Shown: piece by piece, positions 37,841 through 48,231 of the stretch
Layout of the letters: the number at the start of each line of letters is the position of its first letter
How positions within the stretch are numbered: position 1 is the first letter of the stretch
Source of the DNA: Squalus acanthias
Taxonomy: Eukaryota
Length of the DNA: 64,000 nucleotides
NCBI GenBank assembly: GCA_030390025.1
Contig: CM059432.1
Coordinates: forward strand, 41,542,001-41,606,000
Direction of reading: 5' to 3'
Notes under the pieces: generated by a model
Seen by the model: the letters and a program-made list of their open reading frames with translations, nothing else
What the model was told of the DNA's origin: nothing
Database searches by the model: none
Program-made: the position numbers and the translations under genes

Positions 37841-39710
37841 CATAGATACATAGATACATAGAAGATAGGAGCAGGAGTAGGCCATCCGGCCCTTCGAGCC
37901 TGCTCCGCCATTTAAGGAGATCATGGCTGATCCTCCAATTCAGTATCCCGTCCCCGCCTTCTCTCCGTAACCCTTAACCCCTTTTGCCTGTAGAAATACA
38001 TCTAATTCCCTCTTAAATATATTTAATGAGCTGGCGTACACTGCCCTCTGTGGCAATGAGTTCCACAGGTTCACCACCCTCTGAGTGAAGAAATTCCCCC
38101 TCATTTCTGTCCTAAATGGTTTAGCCCTTATCCTTAAATTATGTCCTCTAGTTCTGTTCTCACCCGCCAAGGGAAACATTCCTTCTGCATCTAGTCTGTC
38201 TAGACCTGTCAGAATTTTATACACTTCTATGAGGTCCCCTCTCAATCTTCTAAACTCCAGTGTGTACATCCCTAAACTACATAGTCTCTCCTCATAGGTC
38301 AATCCCGCCATTCCTGGTATCAGCCTGGTGAATCGCCGCTGCACCCCCTCCATGGCAAGAACATCTTTCCTCAGATGAGGCGACCAAAACTGTACACAGT
38401 ACTCGAGGTGTGGTCTCACCAGTGCCCTGTACAGCTGCAGCAAGGTATCCCTGTTCCTGTATTCCAACCCTTTTGCTATGAAGGCCAGCATACCGTTTGC
38501 CTTCTTGATCGCCTGTTGCACCTGCATGCTCGCCTTCAGTGACTGGTGTACAAGAACACCCAGGTCTCTCTGTACTTCCCCCTCTCCCAATTTATTGCCA
38601 TTTAAATAATAATTTGCCCTCCCGTTCCTGCACCCAAGGTGGATAACTTCGCACTTGTCCACATTATAGTGCATCTGCCATTTATCCGCCCAATCACCCA
38701 GTCTGTCCAAATCGCTCTGGAGCTTCCTGGTCTCCTCCTCTGAGCCCACCCCCCCTCCTAGTTTAGTGTCGTCTGCAAATTTGGAAATGCTGCATCCGAC
38801 TCCCTGATCCAGGTCATTAATGTAAATTGTGAACAGCTGGGGACCCAGGACAGATCCCTGTGGTACCCCACTTGTTACTGCCTGCCATTCAGAAAATGAG
38901 CCGTTTATTCCAACTCTCTGTTTTCTATCTGACAGCCAGTTCTCTATCCACGTCAATACTTTCCCCTTTATCCCATGAGCTTCAATTTTCCCTGCTAATC
39001 TTTTATGTGGGACCTTATCGAAGGCCTTTTGGAAGTCCAGGTACACCACATCTACTGGCTCTCCCCCATCTATTTTACCAGTTACTCCCTCAAAAAATTC
39101 CAATAGATTAGTCAAGCACGATTTACCCTTTGTAAATCCATGTTGACTCTGTCCTATCCTGTCCCCATTTGCTAAGTGCTCCGCTATTTCATCCTTAATG
39201 ATGGACTCCAGCATTTTGCCCACAACTGATGTAAGGCTTACAGGTCTGTAATTACCTGCTTTTTCCCTACCCCCCTTTTTGAATAGTGGGGTAACGTTAG
39301 CTACCCTCCAATCCATGGGCACTGTTCCCGAGTCTAATGAATTCTGAAAAATCATACTTAGTGCATCCGCTATCTCTAGGGCCACCTCCTTCAGTACCCT
39401 AGGATGCATGTTATCAGGCCCTGGGGATTTGTCCGCCTTCAATCCCTTTAGCTTCCTTAACACCATATCCTTAGAGATATTGACTTGCGTCAGTTCCTCC
39501 TTTGCAAATGTCCCTATTTTTCCCGATATCCCAGGGAGGTTTTTTGTGTCTTCCTTCGTAAAGACTGACCCAAAGTATGCATTTAGTTGGTCTGCCATTT
39601 CCTTATTTCCCGTTATATATTCCCCCGTATCTGACTGCAATGGGCCAACTTTGGTTTTCACCAGTCTTTTCCTCTTGATATACTTATAAAAGCTTTTGGA
39701 GTTAGTGTTC
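37841..39710 (-). mobile_element. Young 5'-truncated CR1 LINE
   Basis: (CATAGATA)n tail at 37841; uninterrupted ORF2 C-terminal part; short aatac duplication of host (37801-37805 / 39715-39719). Confidence 0.95.
37940..39661 (-). CDS. CR1 ORF2 reverse transcriptase, C-terminal 573 codons (endonuclease lost by 5' truncation)
   Basis: Open frame with NYRPVSLTS, QHGF, YLDFQKAFDKVPH, GVPQGSVLGP, KFADDTK, RDLGV. Confidence 0.85.
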   Translation of the reverse strand: MKTKVGPLQSDTGEYITGNKEMADQLNAYFGSVFTKEDTKNLPGISGKIGTFAKEELTQVNISKDMVLRKLKGLKADKSPGPDNMHPRVLKEVALEIADALSMIFQNSLDSGTVPMDWRVANVTPLFKKGGREKAGNYRPVSLTSVVGKMLESIIKDEIAEHLANGDRIGQSQHGFTKGKSCLTNLLEFFEGVTGKIDGGEPVDVVYLDFQKAFDKVPHKRLAGKIEAHGIKGKVLTWIENWLSDRKQRVGINGSFSEWQAVTSGVPQGSVLGPQLFTIYINDLDQGVGCSISKFADDTKLGGGVGSEEETRKLQSDLDRLGDWADKWQMHYNVDKCEVIHLGCRNGRANYYLNGNKLGEGEVQRDLGVLVHQSLKASMQVQQAIKKANGMLAFIAKGLEYRNRDTLLQLYRALVRPHLEYCVQFWSPHLRKDVLAMEGVQRRFTRLIPGMAGLTYEERLCSLGMYTLEFRRLRGDLIEVYKILTGLDRLDAEGMFPLAGENRTRGHNLRIRAKPFRTEMRGNFFTQRVVNLWNSLPQRAVYASSLNIFKRELDVFLQAKGVKGYGEKAGTGY

Positions 39711-41721
39711 TTACAATACCTAGCCTCTGACCTGCTCTTGTAGCCTCAGTATTTATGTAGCTGGGCCAGTTAAGTTTCTGGTCAATGGTGACCCCCAGGA
39801 TGTTTATGGTGGGGGATTCGGTGATGGTAATCCCATTGAATGTCAAGGGGTGGTGGTTAGACTCTCTCTGTTTGGAGATAATCATTGCCTGGCACTTGTG
39901 TGGTGTGAATGTTACTTGCCGCTTATCAGCCCAAGCTTGAATGCTGTCCAGGTCTTGTTGCATGCGGGCACGGACTGCTGCATTATCTGAGGAGTAGCGA
40001 ATGGAACTGAACACTGTGCAATCATCAGCAAACATCCCCACTTCTGACCCTATGATAGAGGGAAGATCATTGATGAAGCAGCTGAAGATGGTTGGGCCTA
40101 GGACACTGCCCTGAAGAACTCCTGCAGCGATGTTCTGGGGCTGAGATGATTGGCCTCCAACAACAACAACCAGCTTCCTTTGTATTAGTTATGACTGCAG
40201 CCAGTGGAGAGTTTCCCCCCTGATTCCCATTGATTTCAATTTTACTAGGGCTCCTTGATGCCACACTCAGTCAAATGCTGCCTTGATGTCAAGGGCAGTG
40301 ACTCTCACCTCACCTCTGGAATTCAGCTCTTAGGTCCATGTTTGGACCAAGGCTGTGATGAGGTCTGGAGCCGAGTGGTCTTGGCGGAACCCAAACTGAG
40401 CATCGGTGAGCAGGTTATTGGTGAGTAAGTGCCGCTTGATAGCACTGTCAATGACACCTTCCATCACTTTGCTGATGATTCAGAGTAGACTAATGGGGTG
40501 GTAATTGGCTGTATTACATTTGTCCTGCTTTTTGTGGACAATACATACCTGGGCAATTTTCCACATTGTCAGGTAGATGCCAGTGTTGTAGCTTATGGGA
40601 ATATCTTGGCTAGTGGCGCGGCTAGTTCTGGAGCTTAGAATATACACAGCTAGTTAAACGTATTTAAAAATGAAAGTGAAAGAGATATATCAGATTACAT
40701 AGAATGTACAGCACAGAAACAGGCCATTCGGCCCAACAGGTCCATGCTGGTGTTTATGCTCCACACGAATCTCCTCCCACCCCCCTTCATCTAACTCTAT
40801 TAACATAACCTTCTATTCCTTTCTCCCTCATATGTTTATCTAGCTTCCCCTTAAATATATCTATACCTTTGCCTCAACTACTCCTTTTTCTAGTGAGTTA
40901 CACATTCTAACCGCTCTCTGGGTAAAGAAATGTCTCCTGAATGCCCTATCGGATTTATTAGTGACTATCTTATGGCCAATAGTTTTGGTCTCCCCATAAA
41001 CATTTACTCTACCTCTACTCTATCAAACCCTTTCATAATCTTAAAGATCTCTATCAGGTCACCACTCAGCCTTCTCTTTTCCAGAGAAAAGAGCCCCAGC
41101 CTGTTCAATCTTTCCTGATAGGTATATCCTCTTAGTTGATATCATCCTTGTAAATCTTTTTTGCACCTTCTTCAATGCCTCTATATCCTTTTATAATATG
41201 GAAAGCAGAACTGTGCACAGTACTCTAAGTGTGGTCTAACCAAGGTTCTATACAAGTTTAACATGACTTCTCTGCTTTTAAATTCTATCCCTCTAGAACT
41301 CTAGTGCTTTGATTGCTTCTTTTATGGCCTTATTAACCTGTGTCGCTACTTTTCGTGATTTGTGTATCTGTACCCCAGATCCCTTTGCTTCTCTGCTCCA
41401 TTTAGACTCTTAGGGGTAAAAATTCACTTGGTTGCGCCTCCCGTTAGCGCCTTAAGAGGGCGCTAATGGGGCGTTAAGCCGCTAACGCCCGGGCGCAGCG
41501 ATGTTTGCGCCGCTCGAGAACTTAACTTGAGATTGTGCGGCGGCGCTAAAACTTACCGCTGCGACCACCTGCGTGCACAGATTATGACGTCATTCCATGG
41601 TGCAACGCCCTTGGGGCGCCCCGGAGCGGAAATTGAGTGGCGCCCCCTGCCTTACCGCCTGGCGCTTCCAACGACCGGAAGACTGGAACGCTATCAATCG
41701 GTGTGGGGCTGGGGGTGGCGC

Positions 41722-41732
41722 TATTTAAAGGG
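41722..41732 (+). promoter_or_regulatory. TATA-like box upstream of the Harbinger transposase
   Basis: tatttaaaggg ~200 bp before the ATG; equivalent tatttaaag at 6535 in another Harbinger. Confidence 0.4.
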
Positions 41733-41923
41733 GGCCTCTTCCTGTCTTTTTCTGTGGTCGACATTTATGCACCACTCATTCTGAGAGAGAGAGAGAGATT
41801 CGGAGAGAGAGAGAGAGAGACTTCTACATTGACTCAACGCTTTGTGAGGTAGTTTTGCCTATTCATCCTAACTTTGTTGCTACTTTAGTTGCTGTACCTC
41901 ATTACTTTTCTGGCAAAGAGAAG

Positions 41924-43084
41924 ATGGGGGCTGCAATGATTGGGGGCGTCGTCCTGCTCCAGCTGAATCGGAGGATACAGAGACGCAGACAGAGAGTGGC
42001 AATGATGGCCAGACGGAGGAGGGCCATCAGGCGCATGTACAGGAGAGCTTACCCTCCCAGGGTATATCGTGAACAGCTCTCCTACATCCATATGTCCGAG
42101 GAGCTGTGTTTGCGAAGGCTGCGATTCAGCAAGGAGGTGGTCACTGAGCTCTGCCACCTGCTGCAGCCAGATCTGCAGCCTCAGCTGAGGTCCAGGACGT
42201 CTCTGTCGGTGGCAGTGAAGGTCACAGTGGCTTTGAACTTCTACGCCACTGGCTCATTCCAAGCTGCTGTTGGGGACCTCGCCAATATCTCCCAGTTTGC
42301 GGTGCATCGCTGCATCCGGCAGGTCACCAATGCCCTCTTCAGAAGGAGACGAGACTTCATCTCTTTCCCCATGACGCCAGACAAGCAGCGTGACCGTGCT
42401 CTGGGCTTTGCGAGGGTAGCGGGCTTCCCCATGGTGCAGGGCGCCATTGACTGCACGCATGTGGCTTTGCGTGCTCCGCGAGAGAATGCAGAGGAATTCA
42501 GGAACAGAAAGGGGTTCCATTCCTTGAATGTGCAGTTGGTCTGTGACCACAGACAGGTGATACTCGCTGTCAATGCCCACTATCCGGGCAGCTGCCACGA
42601 TGCTTTCATCCTGCGCCAGACTACTGTGGCAGAAGTTTTCGAGGCACCGCATCAGCCAGTTGGTTGGCTTCTCGGGGACAAGGGGTACGCATTGAGCACC
42701 TGGCTGATGACACCGCTCCGTACGCCAAACACCCCTGCTGAGCTGCGGTACAATGAAAGCCATCAAGCAACCAGGAACATTATTGAGCGCACAATCGGCG
42801 TGCTGAAACAACGGTTCCGCTGTCTGGACCATTCCGGAGGAGCCCTGCAGTACTCGCCTGAGCAAGTTTCGAACTTCGTAGTCGTGTGCTGCATGTTGCA
42901 CAACATGGCAATCCTCAGGACCCAGCCAATGCCACCAGGCCTTGTAGCACCACCAGAGGAGGAGGAGGAAGAGGAGGAAGAGGACGAGGACGATGATCAT
43001 CAGCAGCACCAAGGCGGGAGGGCGGCCCACAATGGTCAAACTGTAAGGGCCGTCCGTCAACGACTAATAGCAAGCCGCTTCTAG
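41924..43084 (+). CDS. Harbinger DDE transposase (HARBI1-like family), 386 aa
   Basis: ATG at 41924 in the 41855-43084 frame; catalytic GAIDCTH (D), LLGDKGY (D), RNIIERTIG (E); YPGSCHD; acidic C-terminal tail; no stops. Confidence 0.93.
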   Translation: MGAAMIGGVVLLQLNRRIQRRRQRVAMMARRRRAIRRMYRRAYPPRVYREQLSYIHMSEELCLRRLRFSKEVVTELCHLLQPDLQPQLRSRTSLSVAVKVTVALNFYATGSFQAAVGDLANISQFAVHRCIRQVTNALFRRRRDFISFPMTPDKQRDRALGFARVAGFPMVQGAIDCTHVALRAPRENAEEFRNRKGFHSLNVQLVCDHRQVILAVNAHYPGSCHDAFILRQTTVAEVFEAPHQPVGWLLGDKGYALSTWLMTPLRTPNTPAELRYNESHQATRNIIERTIGVLKQRFRCLDHSGGALQYSPEQVSNFVVVCCMLHNMAILRTQPMPPGLVAPPEEEEEEEEEDEDDDHQQHQGGRAAHNGQTVRAVRQRLIASRF

Positions 43085-43378
43085 GGCCCCTGCCATTGCT
43101 ACAAACATTAATCAACCCAGCACGCAACCCCTAAGCCGGCCAAGGCACCAATAATTCCAACCACCAGCCATGTATATTTTGAATACAGAAACTTATTTAT
43201 TTTACAAACTCTGTGTGTGTCAATTCCTCATGACAAACTCATAGAAATAAACACAAAAAAACAGTCAATAACATAACTGGTTCTCACAACCTGGAGATAA
43301 TGTCCAAAACACTAAACAAAAGTTGGACCATGAACCTCGGCCTTTAATAAAAAAATGACCAGCATTTTGGCACACCTC

Positions 43379-45279
43379 CTACTTTTTGCCCTTCGAGGGT
43401 GATCTCCTTCCCTTGCGCACTTCCCCCCTTCTAACCCTACTGCTCCTCCATAATGGGACCTCAGTGGCTGCAGCAAGGCTGGTGGAAGGCTGCTGCTCGT
43501 CAGACCCTGACACTGCAGATGCCCCTGAAGGACGGCCTCGACCACTTCTGGGCCTGGAGGGCCCGGCTGCAGACTGCACCAACTCTGCATGGGCGGCAGC
43601 AGTCTGTCCTACAGGCGGTGGCAAGTGCAGTGGAGAAGTGACAGTGTTGGCAGCAGGAATGCTGTCATCGTGCGAGAGGACAGCAACTCCCTGCTCGCCC
43701 GACACACTGGCACTCCCACGGGGCAGCACTTCAGCAACCGGAGCAATCTGCCAGAGAACAGATTGCTGGCCTGCTGCGGCGCGGTGACAGCCCCGGGGAC
43801 ATGTGCACGAACCATCGAGGTTGGCAGCAGTCTGTGCTCGCGTGGCCTCCATCTGAGTCTGTATGAGAGCAGTCAGAGGTGGGATCACGGCAGCCAGTGA
43901 CTGAATTGCAGCACTAAGCGTTAGTGTGGCATCCGCCTGTGCTACAGCGAAGTGCTCCACACTCCTTGCCAGTGACTCAATGCATTCGGGCACCCTTCCC
44001 ACTGCACCCATGAGCTCAGTGTGCATGCACACCGCCTGGGTGTTCATTTCTGCAATCAGCCGCTCCTCCTCTGCGTCCATTGCAGTAGGAGTGTCTGGCA
44101 TACTCTCCCTCTGGGGAGAAGGCCCCCGTTCTTCCCTACCCCCCCCATGGCGTTGCTGCAACCCGCTGGGTCCTGGAGCTTCACCATCATCAGCCCCTTC
44201 CCTCTTGCTCCCCTCCGGGGAAGGCGTGTTCCCAGTGTGGGCATGGGCTTCCTCGGGAGAGGGTGGCACTGATGCTCTGGCTTCCTCTTCCTCCTCAGCT
44301 GCAGCATCACTCCCAGTGGCAGCTTCAGGGCCCGTCTCCTCAGCTGGTGAATCACCATCTGAAAGCAGGGAGGTACAAGAGTGGCTTTAGCGTGAGGACA
44401 GGGTGGCAGTAAGGGAGGAATAAGTGCAGCGAGTTAGCAAGTTGTATTGAAAGTGTCAAAGGCTGGTGTTGTGAGGGACAAGTGGAAGGACAGAGGACAA
44501 AAAGGTGATGACCTTACCATTGCTGTCCACAACGGGGTCGGCGTCTCCAGTGGCGACGGGACCGATCACCCGGCTTGCCACAATCCTGTGGACGCGCTCC
44601 TCCAGATCGCTGAGGGGTTGCAGCTGAGGCCGCCCTCCACCTGTCCGTTGCTGCTGTCTCCGATTATGCGCCTGAGTAAATATACAGCCATGGTCTTGCC
44701 TGATGTGCCTCCCATAGGTGAATAGCCCTTACTGTATACAGCCATGGTCTTGCCTGATGTGCCTCCCATAGGTGAATAGCCCTTACTGTATACAGCCATG
44801 GTCTTGCCTGATGTGCCTCCCATAGGTGAATAGCCCTTACTGTATACAGCCATGGTCTTGCCTGATGTGCCTCCCATAGGTGAATAGCCCTTACTGTATG
44901 CAAAGTGTGGAATGTGTGTGTGTGTTTGATGAAAGGGCCATAGGTGTTGGATGAGTGTTGTGCATTGTGGTTTTAAGACCCTCTGGCCATAGAGTGAGGT
45001 TGAGATGGAGGGATGGAGAGGTATTGAGAAAAAGCCACTCACCCTGACGACCCGAGTGAGGTCGTTGAACTTTTTGCGGCATTGAGTACGGGTCCTGGGC
45101 ACCATGCTCCTGGAGGAGACGCTCTGAGCCACCTCCCTCCACACTCTTCTGAACTCGCGTGGCAAAGGCCTCCTGCCACTCTCAGGGAACAGCATACATT
45201 GTCTGCGCTCCACTGCGCCAACCAGAGCATCCAAGGCCCGCTCGGTGAAGCGATGAGCGCGTTCTCTCACCCTCTCCAT
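43379..45279 (-). CDS. Harbinger Myb/SANT-like DNA-binding protein; exons 45279-45043, 44671-44518, 44358-43379 (456 aa predicted)
   Basis: Exon 1 MERVRERAHRFTERALDAL..WREVAQSV..RTRTQCRKKFNDLTRVVR|gtgagt; exon 2 tcag|AHNRRQQQRTGGG..|gtaagg; exon 3 ctttcag| in frame with the 43379-44269 ORF; phases 0 and 1 match. Confidence 0.82.
44681..44899. repeat. Perfect tandem array, 4 x 54 bp
   Basis: Unit tatacagccatggtcttgcctgatgtgcctcccataggtgaatagcccttactg starting at 44681, 44735, 44789, 44843. Confidence 0.97.
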
Positions 45280-46242
45280 GCTTGGCAGCAAAATGGATTC
45301 ACAGGTCTCTCCAGGCTGAGATTCAAGGCTGCAATGAGCAGGGTGTGGCTGGGGAGCAAGTGGCCCCCCCGCTTTAAGAAGTGTCCGGCGCCAGTGTGTC
45401 TGTGTTCCCTCGCTAACTGGCAGCAGCTGCGCTGCGCTCGCGCGCTGAGTTAGCGCCTCACTCCTTGACCTTTGCGCCTTAAGACAGGTGTGCAGTGCCT
45501 GCTTTAGCGCTCCACTCACCTCCCGGGGCGGTAAAAGTGAAGTTTCCTGTCAGTGCCGATAATTAGCGCCAGGCGCTAATATTTGCGTCCGGACGATATT
45601 TGCGCCCCAAATGGGGCGCAACCTAATTTCTACCCCTTACTTTGCAAGCAGTATGTCCTTATTCTTCCTACCAAAATGCACCACATCTCACTTATCTATA
45701 TTGAAATTAATTTGCCAATTACACGTTCTGAAAGTTTATTAATGTCTTCTTATATTTTGGCGCACTCTTTCTCAGTATTAACTATATCCCCCAATTTGGT
45801 GTCATCCACAAATTTTGGTATAGCACTTTCGATTCCCGAGTCCAAATCATTTATGTAAATGGTGAACAACAGTGGTCCCAGCACTGATCCTTGTGGAACA
45901 CCACTTCCCACCTTTTGCTAGTCTGAGTAACTACCCTTAACCCCTACTCTCTGTTTTCGGTTTTATAGCCAGTTGGATATCCATTCTGCTACTTGTCTAC
46001 TGACTCCACGTGCTCTGACCTTAATCATGAGTCTACTGTGTGGCACGTTATCGAAGACCTTTTGAAAATCCAAATATATTACATCTACTGCATTACCCTT
46101 TCTACTCTTTATGTTATTTCTTCAAAGAATTCAATAAGGTTGGTCAAGTATGACCTTCCCTTTTGAAATACGTGTTAACTTCCCTTTATTATATTTTCAG
46201 TTTCTAAATGTTTTTATTAAATTTTTGAGTAAAGATTCCATT

Positions 46243-46975
46243 GGCTCAAATTTTGCGGTGGGTAATGATGATGAACTGTCAGCGTTCGCCATCATAACCC
46301 CTCTGAAAATGACTGTAACTTCAGGATTTAGCGCATGTGCATCTAAACGCGGAAATCCTGAAGTTGTGGTCAGTCATTTACTGCTCCGGCACAGGCTGCG
46401 CTGTGAAACTCCAGCACCCCCATATCCAACAATCCGTGAAATCAGCGAAATCAGATGAACTAACGAAAACCTGAGCTTTTCTGCGCTAATATCACTGTTA
46501 AATACCCCTTGTTGGTATATGTGTAACAGGGGTTTTAACAGCATGTTGACTGTTAAACAACTGTTCTGGCCCTGAAAAACAATTTTTATATTCGTGGAAT
46601 GTCAAATTTCTCCAGTAAGATGAAAATTACAATTTAAATAAAAGTTTATTCATGATGTATCAGCTTCTACCATATCTCCATGTTAAAGTCCCAATCTTTA
46701 TTTTGCTCTCTGTAGCAAATTTTTTTAAAAATAAGGATGAAAGCTGCTATTTATTTCCCGGTTTGCTGTCTGAGAATTCTGAAATGTGATTGGCTGCTTA
46801 GATAGCTTGATGACATCACTGCTGCATCGCACTAGAAATCCCCTATTCACAGCACAACAATCAATTACATGTCAGGAAACCTCAAGCTTTCGCCACAGAG
46901 ATCGCGAGATTTCTGTGGACAGTTTTCTTCACCGGCGAGCGCCTTTGCTTTGCCACTGACCGCAAATTATGGGCC
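46243..46975. mobile_element. Harbinger-type MITE (733 bp)
   Basis: Imperfect TIR ggctcaaattttgcggt / accgcaaattatgggcc; att/aat duplication; removal restores CR1. Confidence 0.8.
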
Positions 46976-47182
46976 AATATCTTTCCTGCTACCTTCGTTA
47001 AGCTAATTGGACTATAGTTCCCTGGACTTCTTCTATGTCCCTTTTTAAATATAGGAATCACATTAGCTGTCCACCAGTCCTTTGGTACTATTCCTTTTCT
47101 GATGAATTTCGATATATATGTGCCTCTTCTATCTCTCCCCTAACTTCTTTTAATATGCGTGGTTGCAATCCATCTGGACCAG

Positions 47183-48231
47183 GGGAGGGCAAGAAAGCAA
47201 GAGCCGCATGCTTACACCATACACACCTTATAAATCAGAAGATATTGTGAGATGAGGGGGAAGTGGGATGTGAGAAGGAGGATAAAGTATGAGGATACCG
47301 GCATCTTGTATTCTTTCAGCCCCGCCGCTGGCCAAAGACTCTGCCATGTCTCTGCCAAGAATGATCAGCATTATCTCCTCCAAGGGGATGAGGTGAAGCT
47401 AGGAATGCGAGGTGTACCTCATGTTTGATACAGATTGTTGGTAGGCGAGTGATTGGGGGACAGGGGTCGTGCAATGACCAGTGTGTGAGGTTAGTGGTGC
47501 AGTTGGTAGGAGATTACTTTTGAAGATGCATTCACTGACCTTGACCACTGGTCTGAGGTCATGAAACTTCTTTAGGCACTGGTGCCAGGTCCTGGGGGGG
47601 GGGGGCGACACTGCTGGCAATAATGGCCTCGGTGATCTGGTCCCACATCATTCTTTCTGGAGGGCATCCTGGCCCCCTGTGGGTAGAGGACCACTCTTGC
47701 AGTATTGACCCCCTGCACACAGCTGGAGTGCTGAATGCGAGACCCTGGGTGCCCCTTCCCTGGCTTGTTCAGCCATCTTTGTTAGTGCTGAAGCACTTTC
47801 ACCATTTTTTTTACGTGCAGAAGGCAGTTCAGCTTTAAGAGCTGAAAACTGCTATTTTGGAATTATTTTTAATGTTTTTTTTTCAGAAGGCAGTTGAGCT
47901 CTAAGGGCTAAAGACTGCCTATTTTTAAATGATTTTTTTTTTCATTTTAGAAGGCAGTTCCCCTTTCAGGGCTCGACGCTGCTTTCTAAAATGACAGGCT
48001 AGCTTTAAGACAACGCTGCTCTTGCCCCATGCTACGGCCACGCTACATTGGGCCTCCTGCTGAGACTACTGCCTAAAACGGTGCATTACACAGTAGGTTT
48101 TACACTGGGATTATTTAAATCAGCAGGCAGCACCAAAATACCGGTGGTGCCTGCGCTCTTTTTGCGGGCGGCCGTTAACCTCGGCCCACGGTGGCACCGC
48201 CCGTTTTCGGGCTTCATCGAATTTCTAGGCC
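47183..48231 (+). mobile_element. Third copy of the non-autonomous Harbinger family (right part with TIR)
   Basis: Collinear with ~18700-19702; ends aatttctaggcc|tat. Confidence 0.88.

Larger units (their letters stand above)
37231..40635 (-). mobile_element. LINE family B RT region (37231-37805 and 39716-40635) split by a young CR1
   Basis: GMFADDCTVF, ITESPTINILGV, KAQVRSVMEYSPLAW; family B 3' UTR at 37231. Confidence 0.9.
41413..45636 (+). mobile_element. Apparently intact autonomous PIF/Harbinger transposon (4224 bp)
   Basis: TIR ggggtaaaaatt / aatttctacccc (1 mismatch in 12); TTA duplication (41410-41412 / 45637-45639); two convergent open genes. Confidence 0.96.
40690..47182 (-). mobile_element. 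CR1 copy in three pieces (40690-41412, 45637-46242, 46976-47182) hosting two Harbinger insertions
   Basis: Same family as 28158-29065 and 30127-33060; sequence rejoins across both insertions. Confidence 0.9.

Noticed and set aside
41855..41923. N-terminal extension of the transposase in the ORF track
   Set aside because: Starts at a non-ATG codon; the decayed copy at 6733 begins at the equivalent MGA methionine
41924..43084. Host HARBI1 gene
   Set aside because: Lies between TIRs with a TSD inside a CR1 and has a Myb partner, so it is a transposon gene rather than the domesticated locus
42241..44390. Long antisense or overlapping ORFs (e.g. 42254-43060, 43386-43787, 43926-44390)
   Set aside because: Shadows of GC-rich Harbinger coding sequence with no recognisable motifs
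44681..44899. 54-bp repeats as a CRISPR array
   Set aside because: Units are contiguous and identical, with no unique spacers, no cas genes and a eukaryotic context
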